A stretch of DNA of 64,000 nucleotides from a virus. The stretch covers positions 1 to 64,000 of the IMG/VR virus record IMGVR_UViG_3300047160_018755. One strand, written 5' to 3'. Shown in pieces: positions 46,609 through 54,799 of this stretch. Every line of letters begins with the position of its first letter. The stretch's first letter is position 1. The notes beneath the pieces are model-generated. The model did no database searches, was not told the DNA's origin, and saw only the letters and a list, made by a program, of their open reading frames with translations. The position numbers and the translations under genes were made by a program.

Positions 46609-46886
46609 GCTACAAGTTCTGGTGCTCGAAGTGCAAGTTCGACCACGCGGGTGAGTGCGAGCCCGCCCCCAAGATCCCGATCGGCTTCCTACTCTTCGAC
46701 GAAGTCGCGCGCCAGCTCATGGTGTACGACGGTAGGGAGTGGCGCCCGTTCGGTTACAAGGCGGAGGATGGGGTGCTCACAGCCAGCGTCACAATCACTC
46801 TCCCACACCCCATTCAGTTCATCCCCATCAATTTCGTCATCCATCGGGACGGCCACGATGAAGAAGTTTACCGTAAGGATCAGTGA
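46605..46886 (+). CDS. Zn-knuckle-tag family protein A
   Basis: [19 protein letters not shown]-terminus. Confidence 0.65.
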   Translation: MSYKFWCSKCKFDHAGECEPAPKIPIGFLLFDEVARQLMVYDGREWRPFGYKAEDGVLTASVTITLPHPIQFIPINFVIHRDGHDEEVYRKDQ

Positions 46887-47190
46887 CTGCCGCGAGGACC
46901 GCTTCCGCGGATCGGGTGCCGGCGGCCAGAACCGCAACAAGCGTGACACGGGCGTGCGTCTCACCCACGAGCCCTCCGGCGTTGTGGTGGAATGCGAAGC
47001 CGAACGCAGCCAGCACCAGAACCGCGCAGGAGCGCTCAGGAAGCTCGCAAAGCATCCACGCTTCCTGGCCTGGGCGGACGCCGTGCTGCGCGGAGAAGCG
47101 TTCCAGCTGCGCGAGGAGGACGTCCGCGTCGAGGTCGGCGAGGAGGCTGCCGACTGCGCTCCCCACGAAGCTCACTGTGACGTGAAATGA
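46858..47190 (+). CDS. stand-alone GGQ peptidyl-tRNA hydrolase domain (RF-1/ArfB/PrfH-like)
   Basis: [26 protein letters not shown]...ERSQHQNR. Confidence 0.9.
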   Translation: MKKFTVRISDCREDRFRGSGAGGQNRNKRDTGVRLTHEPSGVVVECEAERSQHQNRAGALRKLAKHPRFLAWADAVLRGEAFQLREEDVRVEVGEEAADCAPHEAHCDVK

Positions 47191-47414
47191 TCCCACCCCT
47201 CGGAGGCCCGGAGCCCTGGTGCTCGTGCTGCGTCGTCCCCAAGTGGGTGATGGTCGAGCAGATGCACCTGCTCTGCCAGGCGATCCAGAACGGCAGCTAC
47301 AACGTGCGCCCCGGCAAGCTGCGCCAGGGCTGCATCTCGTACATCTCGGATCACCCGCTGACCGAAGAAGAGACCGACCAGCTCTGGATTGAGACCTTCG
47401 GCCACACCGACTAG
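47187..47414 (+). CDS. hypothetical protein
   Basis: 75 aa, ATGA-coupled. Confidence 0.55.
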   Translation: MIPPLGGPEPWCSCCVVPKWVMVEQMHLLCQAIQNGSYNVRPGKLRQGCISYISDHPLTEEETDQLWIETFGHTD

Positions 47415-48040
47415 AGCAGCTTCGCGTTCTTGCCGGGCCGGGGGAAGTCGCGAGCGCCGTCCCGCCACGCCTGACTCAGCTCGTAGTAAAGCTCCCGTTC
47501 GCGGTCTTGTTCGAGTTCCCAGCACTCCTCGCAGAAGAAGGTCATGCCAGGGTCTTTGTAGCCGCCGCACGACAGACAGTTGAACGGCTTCCCGTCGCTG
47601 TCCCCGAGCATCTCGAACCGCACCTCCGGACGCTCCTTCACCGGCTTCGACACGAACTCGGCCAGAGCTTTCTGGAGGGGCGACGTCGGCTCCGGCTTCG
47701 CCGACTCCGCGATCGCCGCCATGATCGCTGCGTGCATGCGGTCGCCCGCGGCATCCTCCTCGATGACGGCCCCGATCAGGTCGAGGCAGGCGTCCGCCGC
47801 GATCTCGTAGCGCATGTTCTGCTCGACGAGATGCATGTTGTGGTCCTCGCACTCGCGGTAGACCAGGCGTGTGGTGGCCAGCTGCTCTTCAGCGGACTTG
47901 GTGCACCGGGCCTCGTACTCCAGGTCGCGCTTGAGCTGTACGATCTCCTTGTTCAGGCGCTTCTCTCGACGATGGTACATCGCCAGATCGCGGTAGACTG
48001 AAAGTAGTTCGGCTCGCAGCATTCCGGTGGTCTCAGTCAT
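47411..48040 (-). CDS. coiled-coil protein with C-terminal Zn ribbon
   Basis: heptad region; CLSC...CEEC. Confidence 0.65.
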   Translation of the reverse strand: MTETTGMLRAELLSVYRDLAMYHRREKRLNKEIVQLKRDLEYEARCTKSAEEQLATTRLVYRECEDHNMHLVEQNMRYEIAADACLDLIGAVIEEDAAGDRMHAAIMAAIAESAKPEPTSPLQKALAEFVSKPVKERPEVRFEMLGDSDGKPFNCLSCGGYKDPGMTFFCEECWELEQDRERELYYELSQAWRDGARDFPRPGKNAKLL

Positions 48041-48509
48041 TGGGCTTCAGCTTCTCGTACTCGTCGTACGCTTTGAGGGCCTGGGTGGCGACTGTGAAGG
48101 GGTCGCACTGGAAGACCCGCCGGCCGGGCCTCCACTCGCGCTGGATGCGCTGGAGCGCCTCCAGCAGCGTCGTGATCTGCTTGGTCTGGATGAGGAACTC
48201 CACCGCGGTGTCGACCCGCTCCATGGCGGTCTTGACCTGGCGGCACTCCGGGACGCTCTGGCAGCCGTCCATCGCACAGCTTTTCGTGTGGCCGGCCAGC
48301 TCCTGGCGCGTGAGTTTGGCGCGTGCCTCCTCGATCTTGACGATGGCGAGGCGTGGGTTGACCTTGCCCTGGTAGTGGCGCATCACCTGGTCGAGGATGT
48401 CCAGGTTGTGGCCCGTGGGGTTCTCGTCAACGAAGCCCTTGACGACGACCGCGAGGTCGCCGGGATCAGCGCAGGCCTGCGAGAGACCTTCGGGGTCGCG
48501 GTCGGTCAC
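48033..48509 (-). CDS. hypothetical protein
   Basis: GTG overlapping upstream stop; 158 aa with good codon usage. Confidence 0.6.
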   Translation of the reverse strand: MTDRDPEGLSQACADPGDLAVVVKGFVDENPTGHNLDILDQVMRHYQGKVNPRLAIVKIEEARAKLTRQELAGHTKSCAMDGCQSVPECRQVKTAMERVDTAVEFLIQTKQITTLLEALQRIQREWRPGRRVFQCDPFTVATQALKAYDEYEKLKPND

Positions 48510-48922
48510 TTCGCGGCCTGAGCGTTGAGGACCCGCTCGCGGAACTTCTTGCCGAGCTGGTACATGTCGTCCTCCTCGTAGCCGGAGACGTCGGTCTCGG
48601 CGGCGTCGAAGCCGACGATGAAGTTCGACACCTGACACGAGGTGAGGCCGAGAATCTCCGCGGCCGTGTCGTCCGTGTTGGGCTGATTGTCGTCGTCCAC
48701 CGGCTGGTCCAGGATGACGCACGCCATCGGACACAGGCAGCCACCCGTGTCGGCTCTCCAGACGAACCCCTCGGGACCGTCGTACCCCTCCCGCTCGGGG
48801 ACCGACTCGACGCCCCATTCGCCGGGGGCGATCGTGAACCCCCGCAGGCGGGCGGCGGCGATGCCGGCGTTGAGGGACGCTTCGATGTCTGCGAGCTTTT
48901 GAGCTTTCAGTTTCTTGTTCAT
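48506..48922 (-). CDS. Cys-motif paralogue family member 1
   Basis: CLCPMAC...AAEILGL...IVGFD...YQLGKKFR. Confidence 0.7.
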   Translation of the reverse strand: MNKKLKAQKLADIEASLNAGIAAARLRGFTIAPGEWGVESVPEREGYDGPEGFVWRADTGGCLCPMACVILDQPVDDDNQPNTDDTAAEILGLTSCQVSNFIVGFDAAETDVSGYEEDDMYQLGKKFRERVLNAQAAK

Positions 48923-48931
48923 GGGAAGACT

Positions 48932-49726
48932 CTACTCCATCGCTTCGATCGCCGCAACAAGTTTCTGCATGTCCCCGGCGTAGAACCCGGCGCAGTTGAA
49001 GTTGTTCACCTCGCCCACGAAGAGCCCGTCCTTGGTCTCGAAGACGTCCATGACAAACGCCCGAGCCGGCACCCACTTGCGGATTTCTTTCTGGGCGAAG
49101 CGCATGACCCAGGGCGGAGCGCCTTCCTCGTATCGCTTGATGGTCCCGAACTTGTAGAGGCTCGCGGTGACGATGCGCTTGTCCACGACCCAGAGCCGGT
49201 ACTCGCGCCAGATCTCACGCACGGGCGCCACGATCACCTTGGTGTCCAAGTCGACCGAGGACACGTCCTCGGGCTGGAGCCGGGCGAGCGCCTGGCGCCA
49301 CGAGACGAACGATGGCCAGTCCATGACTTGGCCCGCGAAGCTCTTCGTGTCGTGGATCGGGCGGATGAAGAACCGATCGCGGTCCGTGCCGCCGTACAGC
49401 GGATCGGCCACGACGTCTTGGATGGACGAGACCTCACAGTCGCCGTTGAGCATCTTCCAATGGTGGGCCTGAACCTCGTAGTCGAAGTTCTCGTTGTGGA
49501 AGCTCCCGGGCGCCCAGCCGCGCTGACGGGCGATTTCCGCCAGGGTGTACGTGCCCATGATGACCACGGGCACCCCGGCCAGGGTCAGCTCTGGCTCCAG
49601 CGCGTGAACGAAGGGGATGACGCGGACGAGCGTGTACGTCGACCGCAGGCGATCGAATGCATCCAGGAGGCGGGCGAAGCCCTCCTCCGAGAACATGTTG
49701 TTCTGGACGACCCAGTGAGTCTTCAC
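48932..49726 (-). CDS. ATP-grasp protein, R2K clade-like
   Basis: FFIRPIHDTKSFAGQV, EYRLWVV..RIVTASLY, FVMDV...GEVNNFNCAGFY. Confidence 0.8.
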   Translation of the reverse strand: MKTHWVVQNNMFSEEGFARLLDAFDRLRSTYTLVRVIPFVHALEPELTLAGVPVVIMGTYTLAEIARQRGWAPGSFHNENFDYEVQAHHWKMLNGDCEVSSIQDVVADPLYGGTDRDRFFIRPIHDTKSFAGQVMDWPSFVSWRQALARLQPEDVSSVDLDTKVIVAPVREIWREYRLWVVDKRIVTASLYKFGTIKRYEEGAPPWVMRFAQKEIRKWVPARAFVMDVFETKDGLFVGEVNNFNCAGFYAGDMQKLVAAIEAME

Positions 49727-49728
49727 GG

Positions 49729-50118
49729 CTACTCCAGCTGGATCCCGCCGGCCATGTGGTTGGGGTTGGGGTAGTCGCCGCCGCGGTGCAGGTAGTCCTC
49801 CAGGGCCCGGCGGAGCTGCGTGTAGCGCTCCAGGACTTCGAGCGGGAGATCTTCGAGGTCGACGTGATGCCGCTTGGTGGCCTCGATCACGTCCAGGTGA
49901 TAGCTCATACTACCGTTCCCGTCGAGCTTGAGACCCCAGTTGACCTGGTAGATCGGCGTGGGGTCATCGATCTTCGGCGGGTCCTTGGGCCACGACTCGT
50001 CACACTGAGAGTCGTTGACGATGGATCGGAGGAGCCAGTAGGACTCGGTGAGCACGCGGGCGCGGTTGACCCGCACGACCCAGTCCGCGACCGACCCGTT
50101 GAGGTTCTTGTTTTTCAA
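49729..50118 (-). CDS. hypothetical protein
   Basis: 129 aa, coupled to neighbours. Confidence 0.6.
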   Translation of the reverse strand: MKNKNLNGSVADWVVRVNRARVLTESYWLLRSIVNDSQCDESWPKDPPKIDDPTPIYQVNWGLKLDGNGSMSYHLDVIEATKRHHVDLEDLPLEVLERYTQLRRALEDYLHRGGDYPNPNHMAGGIQLE

Positions 50119-50483
50119 ATGAGCCCCCGAACCACGGCCCGGTACATCGCACGGGCGCGGTCACCGCCGTTGACACTCATCTGCCACGCAATCCACGAAT
50201 CGTAGTCGATCCAGAACCCACCCTGGTTGCCAGCCGGCGGGCCCATCTCCTCGTCGGTGCACGCGGGGATGGTGTTGTTTTCGAGGGCGTGGCCGAACTT
50301 GAAGTGGATGACCTGATCGCCCGGGACGTGGAACTGGTTCAGCCACTTCCCGACCAGGCCTGTCTTACGCTCCTCCGTCAGCGGAAGGCTGTAGTTGGTT
50401 GTCCAACGCCACTGCGGACCCTTCGGCGGGCATTCGCCCGCGTGGTCCTTCTTGCAGTTGCTGCACCAGAAAGCGTAGCTCAT
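50115..50483 (-). CDS. Zn-knuckle-tag family protein B
   Basis: MSYAFWCSNCKKDHAGECPP; leaderless promoter upstream. Confidence 0.7.
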   Translation of the reverse strand: MSYAFWCSNCKKDHAGECPPKGPQWRWTTNYSLPLTEERKTGLVGKWLNQFHVPGDQVIHFKFGHALENNTIPACTDEEMGPPAGNQGGFWIDYDSWIAWQMSVNGGDRARAMYRAVVRGLI

Positions 50484-50557
50484 GCCCAGACCTTACCAGA
50501 TCTGGGCTGGGAGTCAACCCCATTGCATCGACTGCACCAGAAAATGTAGCCTACCAC
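50480..50557 (-). pseudogene. truncated Zn-knuckle-tag family remnant (C)
   Basis: (M)VGYIFWCSRCNG then loses HAGEC; 25 aa; distal half overlaps a promoter. Confidence 0.45.
50490..50517 (-). promoter_or_regulatory. sigma70-type leaderless promoter for 50115-50483
   Basis: TTGACT-16-(TGG)TAAGGT-6-ATG. Confidence 0.6.
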
Positions 50558-50793
50558 GACGGCACCCGCTCGACGATCAGCTCGATCTGGGCGACGACCT
50601 GCGCGCGCCAGCCCGGAACATCCTTCGAAAGACGGCACGAGCGTCCGATGCACCACTGGTAGTACCGGTTGCAGTCGTCCTCGGTGTGACCGCAGACGCG
50701 GCAATCCCCGATCTCGTTCAGGGTCTCCCACTCCTTGGCGATGGTCTGGGCCGTCTCCTCGTAGGTGGGCGTGTCGTCTCGGAAGCCGATCAT
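50551..50793 (-). CDS. small Cys-rich protein
   Basis: 80 aa, CRVCGH..C; ATGA-coupled. Confidence 0.6.
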   Translation of the reverse strand: MIGFRDDTPTYEETAQTIAKEWETLNEIGDCRVCGHTEDDCNRYYQWCIGRSCRLSKDVPGWRAQVVAQIELIVERVPSW

Positions 50794-51206
50794 GGCCACA
50801 CCACGAAGCGGTTCTTGCCGCCGTCCGAAGCGGCGATGCCGTCCGGATCCCACCACTCGATGCGGCAGGTGTAGATCGGATGCGCGGGCGAGTTCCACTC
50901 GCGGACCTGGATGGCGGCGCCGCCTTTGCCGTTGGCCACGATCGCCATCACCTCGTAGCCGTCCTTCCAGCCCGCCGACTTCCAAACCGTGCTCCACTGG
51001 TCCTGGTGCTCGAAGAGCCACCGGGAACCGACCGGGATGACGATCATGGTGCCGTTGTTGGGCAGCGGCGTGCCGGCGGCGGGTGCCGAGGGCTTGCCGT
51101 CGACCTCCTCCACCGTCTTCTGGACGAGGGTCTTCTTGGGTGCCGGAGGACACTCGCCGGCATGGGCGAATCCGCAAGGCGTGCAGTAGAAGCTGTATCC
51201 GCTCAT
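50790..51206 (-). CDS. Zn-knuckle-tag family protein D
   Basis: MSGYSFYCTPCGFAHAGECPPAPK; Trp-rich beta C-terminus. Confidence 0.7.
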   Translation of the reverse strand: MSGYSFYCTPCGFAHAGECPPAPKKTLVQKTVEEVDGKPSAPAAGTPLPNNGTMIVIPVGSRWLFEHQDQWSTVWKSAGWKDGYEVMAIVANGKGGAAIQVREWNSPAHPIYTCRIEWWDPDGIAASDGGKNRFVVWP

Positions 51207-51403
51207 GGCCAAGCCTGCTTTGACAGTCGGTCGATCAGTTCCTTCTTGATGACGAGGTACGCGGCCTTCAGCTCATCGAGTGTCGCTTCTTTGATCGCCT
51301 CTTCCATCGCCTGCTGGTCATCCAGCGGCAACGGCTTGATCTTGGAGCAATCCCCAGCGTGGTCGAAGCCGCACGAAGAGCAGTGGAAGACGTAGCCGCC
51401 CAC
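51203..51403 (-). CDS. Zn-knuckle-tag family protein E
   Basis: MGGYVFHCSSCGFDHAGDC; helical C-terminus; RBS GAGGAG. Confidence 0.65.
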   Translation of the reverse strand: MGGYVFHCSSCGFDHAGDCSKIKPLPLDDQQAMEEAIKEATLDELKAAYLVIKKELIDRLSKQAWP

Positions 51404-51406
51404 GGG

Positions 51407-51577
51407 CTACTCCTCTTCGTCGTCGACGAACTCGAACCCCTCGCGCGTGATGCCGATCTCGCAGTGCGCGCCGTCATCGTCCACGAAGAGCACCAAGATC
51501 TTGGCGCACTTGGCCCCCGGCAGGATCTTCTCCACCGACGGCCCCATCTCCTGCTCGAACTCTTCGAATTTGGTCAT
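51407..51577 (-). CDS. small acidic protein
   Basis: 56 aa MTKFEEFEQEMG...DDEEE, downstream of GATTCGATAGAA motif. Confidence 0.55.
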   Translation of the reverse strand: MTKFEEFEQEMGPSVEKILPGAKCAKILVLFVDDDGAHCEIGITREGFEFVDDEEE

Positions 51578-51594
51578 ACCCACCTTCTATCGAA

Positions 51595-52014
51595 TCAAGG
51601 GACGAAGCGGAGCCAGTGGCCGACGTTCACGTCGTAGAAGCCGTCGGTCAGCCAGCAGTCGATGTTGCACCACCACGTACCCCGGCCGGGATCTTGCTCG
51701 ACCCTGACCATGCCGTTGGGCGTCGCTGACATCACCTCGAACGTGGCGAATTTGTTGCCCGGCTTCCAGGGGTCCGACTTCTGCTTGCGGATCTCGGAGT
51801 GCCACGTGCTGCCGATGGCCGGCGGAACGGGCGGGGCCACGAGGATCGGCACTTTCCAGCTGTTCTGGGCGCTCTGCACCGCTTTCAGGAACATCCCCTT
51901 GACCTTCTCGACGTTAACGTCGAGGTCGGTCGGGACCGAGATCGTGAACTTCGCGGGCGGGCACTCCCCAGCGTGGGAGAGCTTGCAATTCGAGCACCAG
52001 AAGGCGTAGCTCAT
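51595..52014 (-). CDS. Zn-knuckle-tag family protein F
   Basis: MSYAFWCSNCKLSHAGECPPAK; Trp-rich beta C-terminus. Confidence 0.7.
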   Translation of the reverse strand: MSYAFWCSNCKLSHAGECPPAKFTISVPTDLDVNVEKVKGMFLKAVQSAQNSWKVPILVAPPVPPAIGSTWHSEIRKQKSDPWKPGNKFATFEVMSATPNGMVRVEQDPGRGTWWCNIDCWLTDGFYDVNVGHWLRFVP

Positions 52015-52211
52015 CACTTGTCCCCGTGGAGCACCACGCGCACCGAACGCTCCAGCCACGTCACCGACAGCACCTGGCCCTTTGGGCCGACGTAGTCCTC
52101 GTCCGTGGTGTGAGAGGACAGGTCGACGTAGTCACCGACCCGCGGCACCGCCGGCCACATGCGGGTGGCTCGGGACTCGTTTTGCATGTGGACGAACTCG
52201 ATGGGGATCAT
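52014..52211 (-). CDS. small SH3-like hypothetical protein
   Basis: WPAVPRVGDYV...VLSVTW pattern; 65 aa. Confidence 0.6.
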   Translation of the reverse strand: MIPIEFVHMQNESRATRMWPAVPRVGDYVDLSSHTTDEDYVGPKGQVLSVTWLERSVRVVLHGDK

Positions 52212-52224
52212 CGTGGGTGATCCA

Positions 52225-52413
52225 TCAGATTTTCAGCCCGAGCAGCTGGGCGAACGTCTGGAACTCGCCGACCTGCTGCTTGTTGATCATGAACTTCGTG
52301 CCGGGGGCATCGTTGTGCCACAGCAGGAACGAGCCGTCCTGGGCCTTGACCATCGTGAAGTTCGGCCCGACGTAGCGCTGGTCGCCACCGTAGATCGTGA
52401 TCGCGTCCATCAT
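52225..52413 (-). CDS. hypothetical protein
   Basis: 62 aa, TGATG-coupled. Confidence 0.55.
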   Translation of the reverse strand: MMDAITIYGGDQRYVGPNFTMVKAQDGSFLLWHNDAPGTKFMINKQQVGEFQTFAQLLGLKI

Positions 52414-52502
52414 TCCCACCACTTTCTGCACAAATACATGACCCCGAGCACCGCGATGGCGCACATCGCGACGTACGGGTTGACGTGGATCATCGGGATC
52501 AC
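52410..52502 (-). CDS. 30-aa membrane peptide
   Basis: GTGA/TGATG coupling on both sides; YVAMCAIAVLGVMYLC. Confidence 0.4.
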   Translation of the reverse strand: MIPMIHVNPYVAMCAIAVLGVMYLCRKWWE

Positions 52503-52732
52503 GTCACGCCTCGCTTCTTCAGCTCCGCCTCGACGAGCTTGAGCCGGCGGAAGAGCGCCGTCTCGGTCTCGGCGTAGATCGGGTCCGGGTCGTCCGTGGA
52601 CTGGATGCCGCGGATGCCGTCGTGGATCTCGCTCCGCTCCAGTTTGAGCTGGGCCGTGGTCGTGTCGGCCACAGCGCGCGTGCTGAGGGCGTCTTGGCCT
52701 CGTTCCAAGCGGATCTCGTCGTGGCGGCTCAT
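52499..52732 (-). CDS. hypothetical protein
   Basis: 77 aa, coupled. Confidence 0.55.
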   Translation of the reverse strand: MSRHDEIRLERGQDALSTRAVADTTTAQLKLERSEIHDGIRGIQSTDDPDPIYAETETALFRRLKLVEAELKKRGVT

Positions 52733-52938
52733 CACGCGCTCCCGAACTGGTGCGAGGCCCAGGTCTCGGACTCCATGGACCAGAAGAACCCCAGCTCGAT
52801 CAGCCGGCGCTCGTCCTCGCCCGTGATGTCCATGCGCTCGAACCCAACCACGTAGAGCGTGTCGTGCTCGCAGGTCGTGGGCCACTCCAGGTCCTTGTAC
52901 TTGGCGAAGATCTGGAGGGCTTCGATGAGGCGCTTCAT
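52732..52938 (-). CDS. conserved small phage protein
   Basis: MKRLIEALQIFAKY...CEHDTLYV...LIELGFF pattern. Confidence 0.65.
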   Translation of the reverse strand: MKRLIEALQIFAKYKDLEWPTTCEHDTLYVVGFERMDITGEDERRLIELGFFWSMESETWASHQFGSA

Positions 52939-53153
52939 GGACGGTCTCCGTCGTTGGGGTCGACGCACGACGCGGGGCCACTCTGGGGATCGCGGCCGTA
53001 CCACGTCTCGCGCTCCTGGACCGCGGAGTCGAACGACTCCAGGCAGCCCCGGAGGAACTTGGCGAGGATGAAATCCGGCGTGTTGCTGCCGTTCTCCATG
53101 GACTCGCGGTTGATGAGCCGCTCCAGCTCGGAGCGAAAGGCGGCTGCGCTCAC
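52935..53153 (-). CDS. conserved small phage protein
   Basis: LINRESMENGSNTPDFILA..L..CL..F pattern. Confidence 0.65.
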   Translation of the reverse strand: MSAAAFRSELERLINRESMENGSNTPDFILAKFLRGCLESFDSAVQERETWYGRDPQSGPASCVDPNDGDRP

Positions 53154-53155
53154 GG

Positions 53156-53545
53156 TCAGTCCTTCTGGACCCAGTTCGGGTCGGCGTCGTCGCGAGCGCG
53201 GAGGCGCTTGCCCAGCTCGAAGAAGGGTCCACCCTTGCCGTCGCCGCGCTCGTAGCCCTGCTCCACGGCGACCATCTCCTGCTCGGTGGCGAGCCCGGTG
53301 TCCTCGATCCCCTCGAACACCGCCGCCTCCTTCTTGCTCCGGCCGCCGAGGAACTGGCAGACCGCCCCGACAGCGCAGCCACATGGCTTGCCGTGCAGCT
53401 TGGTGAGGTAGCCTTGGCCGGCCTTGAAGAAGAACTCTTCTTTGTCGAGCATCTCGTTGACGCCGATCTCGATGATCTTGGCGCGCTCCTTGGCGGAGAG
53501 GACGTCGATGAGGAGGCCGTGCTTGCTGTTCGGATGTTTGGGCAT
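53156..53545 (-). CDS. Cys-motif paralogue family member 2
   Basis: PCGCAVGAV...VEQGYE...FFELGKRLR. Confidence 0.65.
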   Translation of the reverse strand: MPKHPNSKHGLLIDVLSAKERAKIIEIGVNEMLDKEEFFFKAGQGYLTKLHGKPCGCAVGAVCQFLGGRSKKEAAVFEGIEDTGLATEQEMVAVEQGYERGDGKGGPFFELGKRLRARDDADPNWVQKD

Positions 53546-53551
53546 GGTGTG

Positions 53552-53580
53552 AACCTACTCGATCTGTGGGGTGATGTCAA
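53552..53580 (-). promoter_or_regulatory. sigma70-type leaderless promoter
   Basis: TTGACA-17-TAGGTT-6-ATG(53545). Confidence 0.75.
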
Positions 53581-53627
53581 GCCCTACGTGTTGGCCTTCC
53601 GTGAACGCTTGAGGCTCTCGGTCATGG

Positions 53628-54125
53628 CTAGAACGGCTGATCGCTCGGGCGGAGCGCCTCGTTGTGGGGGTCCATGATCCTCTCGCCCCGGAAGAGGACC
53701 GCCTCGTACAGCTCGTGGAGGCACATGTTCTTGAGGGCCAGGCGGACCAGCTCGACCGCCTTCCGGCAGCCGGCCTGCTCCAGGTAGTCCTGGGTGACGC
53801 CCGTGCAGGTGTTCAGCTCGAACATGCCGTTGGGGTCGCGCACGACGAACGGCAGCTCGTTGTTGTTGCGGGGGAGAATCCGCATGCACACGTGGAGCCC
53901 CGGACGCCGGCCCGAGCACGTCATGCAGAAGCTCATCCGCTGATCCCACTTCGCCACCCGCATCGGGAGCGGGAAGGCCCGGAGGTCGAAGCAGGCCGCG
54001 AGGTCGTCGATGTACGAGATCTCGCGGATGAGAGCATGAGCCCGTTCGTCCATCGTGGGCTTCTCCTCGACGCGGCGGGCGAAGATCACGAACGGGTCGT
54101 CTTTGCTGTTGACCTCGAAGGGCAC
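53628..54125 (-). CDS. hypothetical protein
   Basis: GTG start, RBS AAGGAG; C-terminal LHELYE..LFRGERIMDPH. Confidence 0.6.
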   Translation of the reverse strand: MPFEVNSKDDPFVIFARRVEEKPTMDERAHALIREISYIDDLAACFDLRAFPLPMRVAKWDQRMSFCMTCSGRRPGLHVCMRILPRNNNELPFVVRDPNGMFELNTCTGVTQDYLEQAGCRKAVELVRLALKNMCLHELYEAVLFRGERIMDPHNEALRPSDQPF

Positions 54126-54127
54126 GG

Positions 54128-54475
54128 CTACTCCTTGTTGGCGGGCTGGAGTCGGCGACGCAGACGCTGGCCGACCTGGAAGGCCGGGCTGTTGGTGTCG
54201 ACGCTGGCCGGGGCGGCGTCGGGCCGGGAGGCGTCGAAGCCCCAGACGATGTCCCATGCCTCCAGCGGCTCGATCCCGAGCTTCTTGGCCGCAACGGCCG
54301 GAGTGTCGCTCCAGGAGTCTGCCACCACCATGGTGAGAGCGCAGCACTGGCTCCCGGGCTGGTAGCACCCGAAGGTCCCGTTGACGAGCTTGATGCCCTT
54401 GGCCTGGCCGCGCTTGACGGCGCGCTCGATCCGGGCCTGGATGTTGCGCCACTTCCTGTTGGTGTCTTTCGCCAT
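54128..54475 (-). CDS. Cys-motif paralogue family member 3
   Basis: QCCALTMV...AAKKLGIE...IVWGFD...FQVGQRLR; RBS AGGAG. Confidence 0.7.
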   Translation of the reverse strand: MAKDTNRKWRNIQARIERAVKRGQAKGIKLVNGTFGCYQPGSQCCALTMVVADSWSDTPAVAAKKLGIEPLEAWDIVWGFDASRPDAAPASVDTNSPAFQVGQRLRRRLQPANKE

Positions 54476-54484
54476 GGTGGACTC

Positions 54485-54799
54485 CTAGGCCAGCTCGAAG
54501 AGCAGGGTGAACTCGCGGGGCGAGACCTTGATGTTGTCCCACCCGTCTTGGTAGTGGTCGTAGACCGGGCCCGGCGTCCGGGCCACGTAGTGGTTGACCT
54601 TCTCCGGCTTCTTGTCCGTGTGGACGACGATGAACCGGTTCTGGACGTAGACCCGGAGGTCCCAGCGCCGGAAGCGCTTCTTGAGCGCCCGCGTGATCGC
54701 CATCGCGTGGGGGCAGTGCTCGGCGATGTCCCAGTGGCCGCGGTCGATGTCGGCCTGGGTCACCTTGTAGTCGAGGGTGAACGAATCGGGATGCTTCAC
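54485..54799 (-). CDS. hypothetical protein
   Basis: GTGA-coupled; VTQADID.G...CP.A.AI.RAL pattern. Confidence 0.6.
   Translation of the reverse strand: MKHPDSFTLDYKVTQADIDRGHWDIAEHCPHAMAITRALKKRFRRWDLRVYVQNRFIVVHTDKKPEKVNHYVARTPGPVYDHYQDGWDNIKVSPREFTLLFELA

Noticed and set aside
48033-48509. GatB/YqeY-like similarity (QVMRHYQGKVNP)
   Set aside because: Only a ~15-aa resemblance; insufficient for a call
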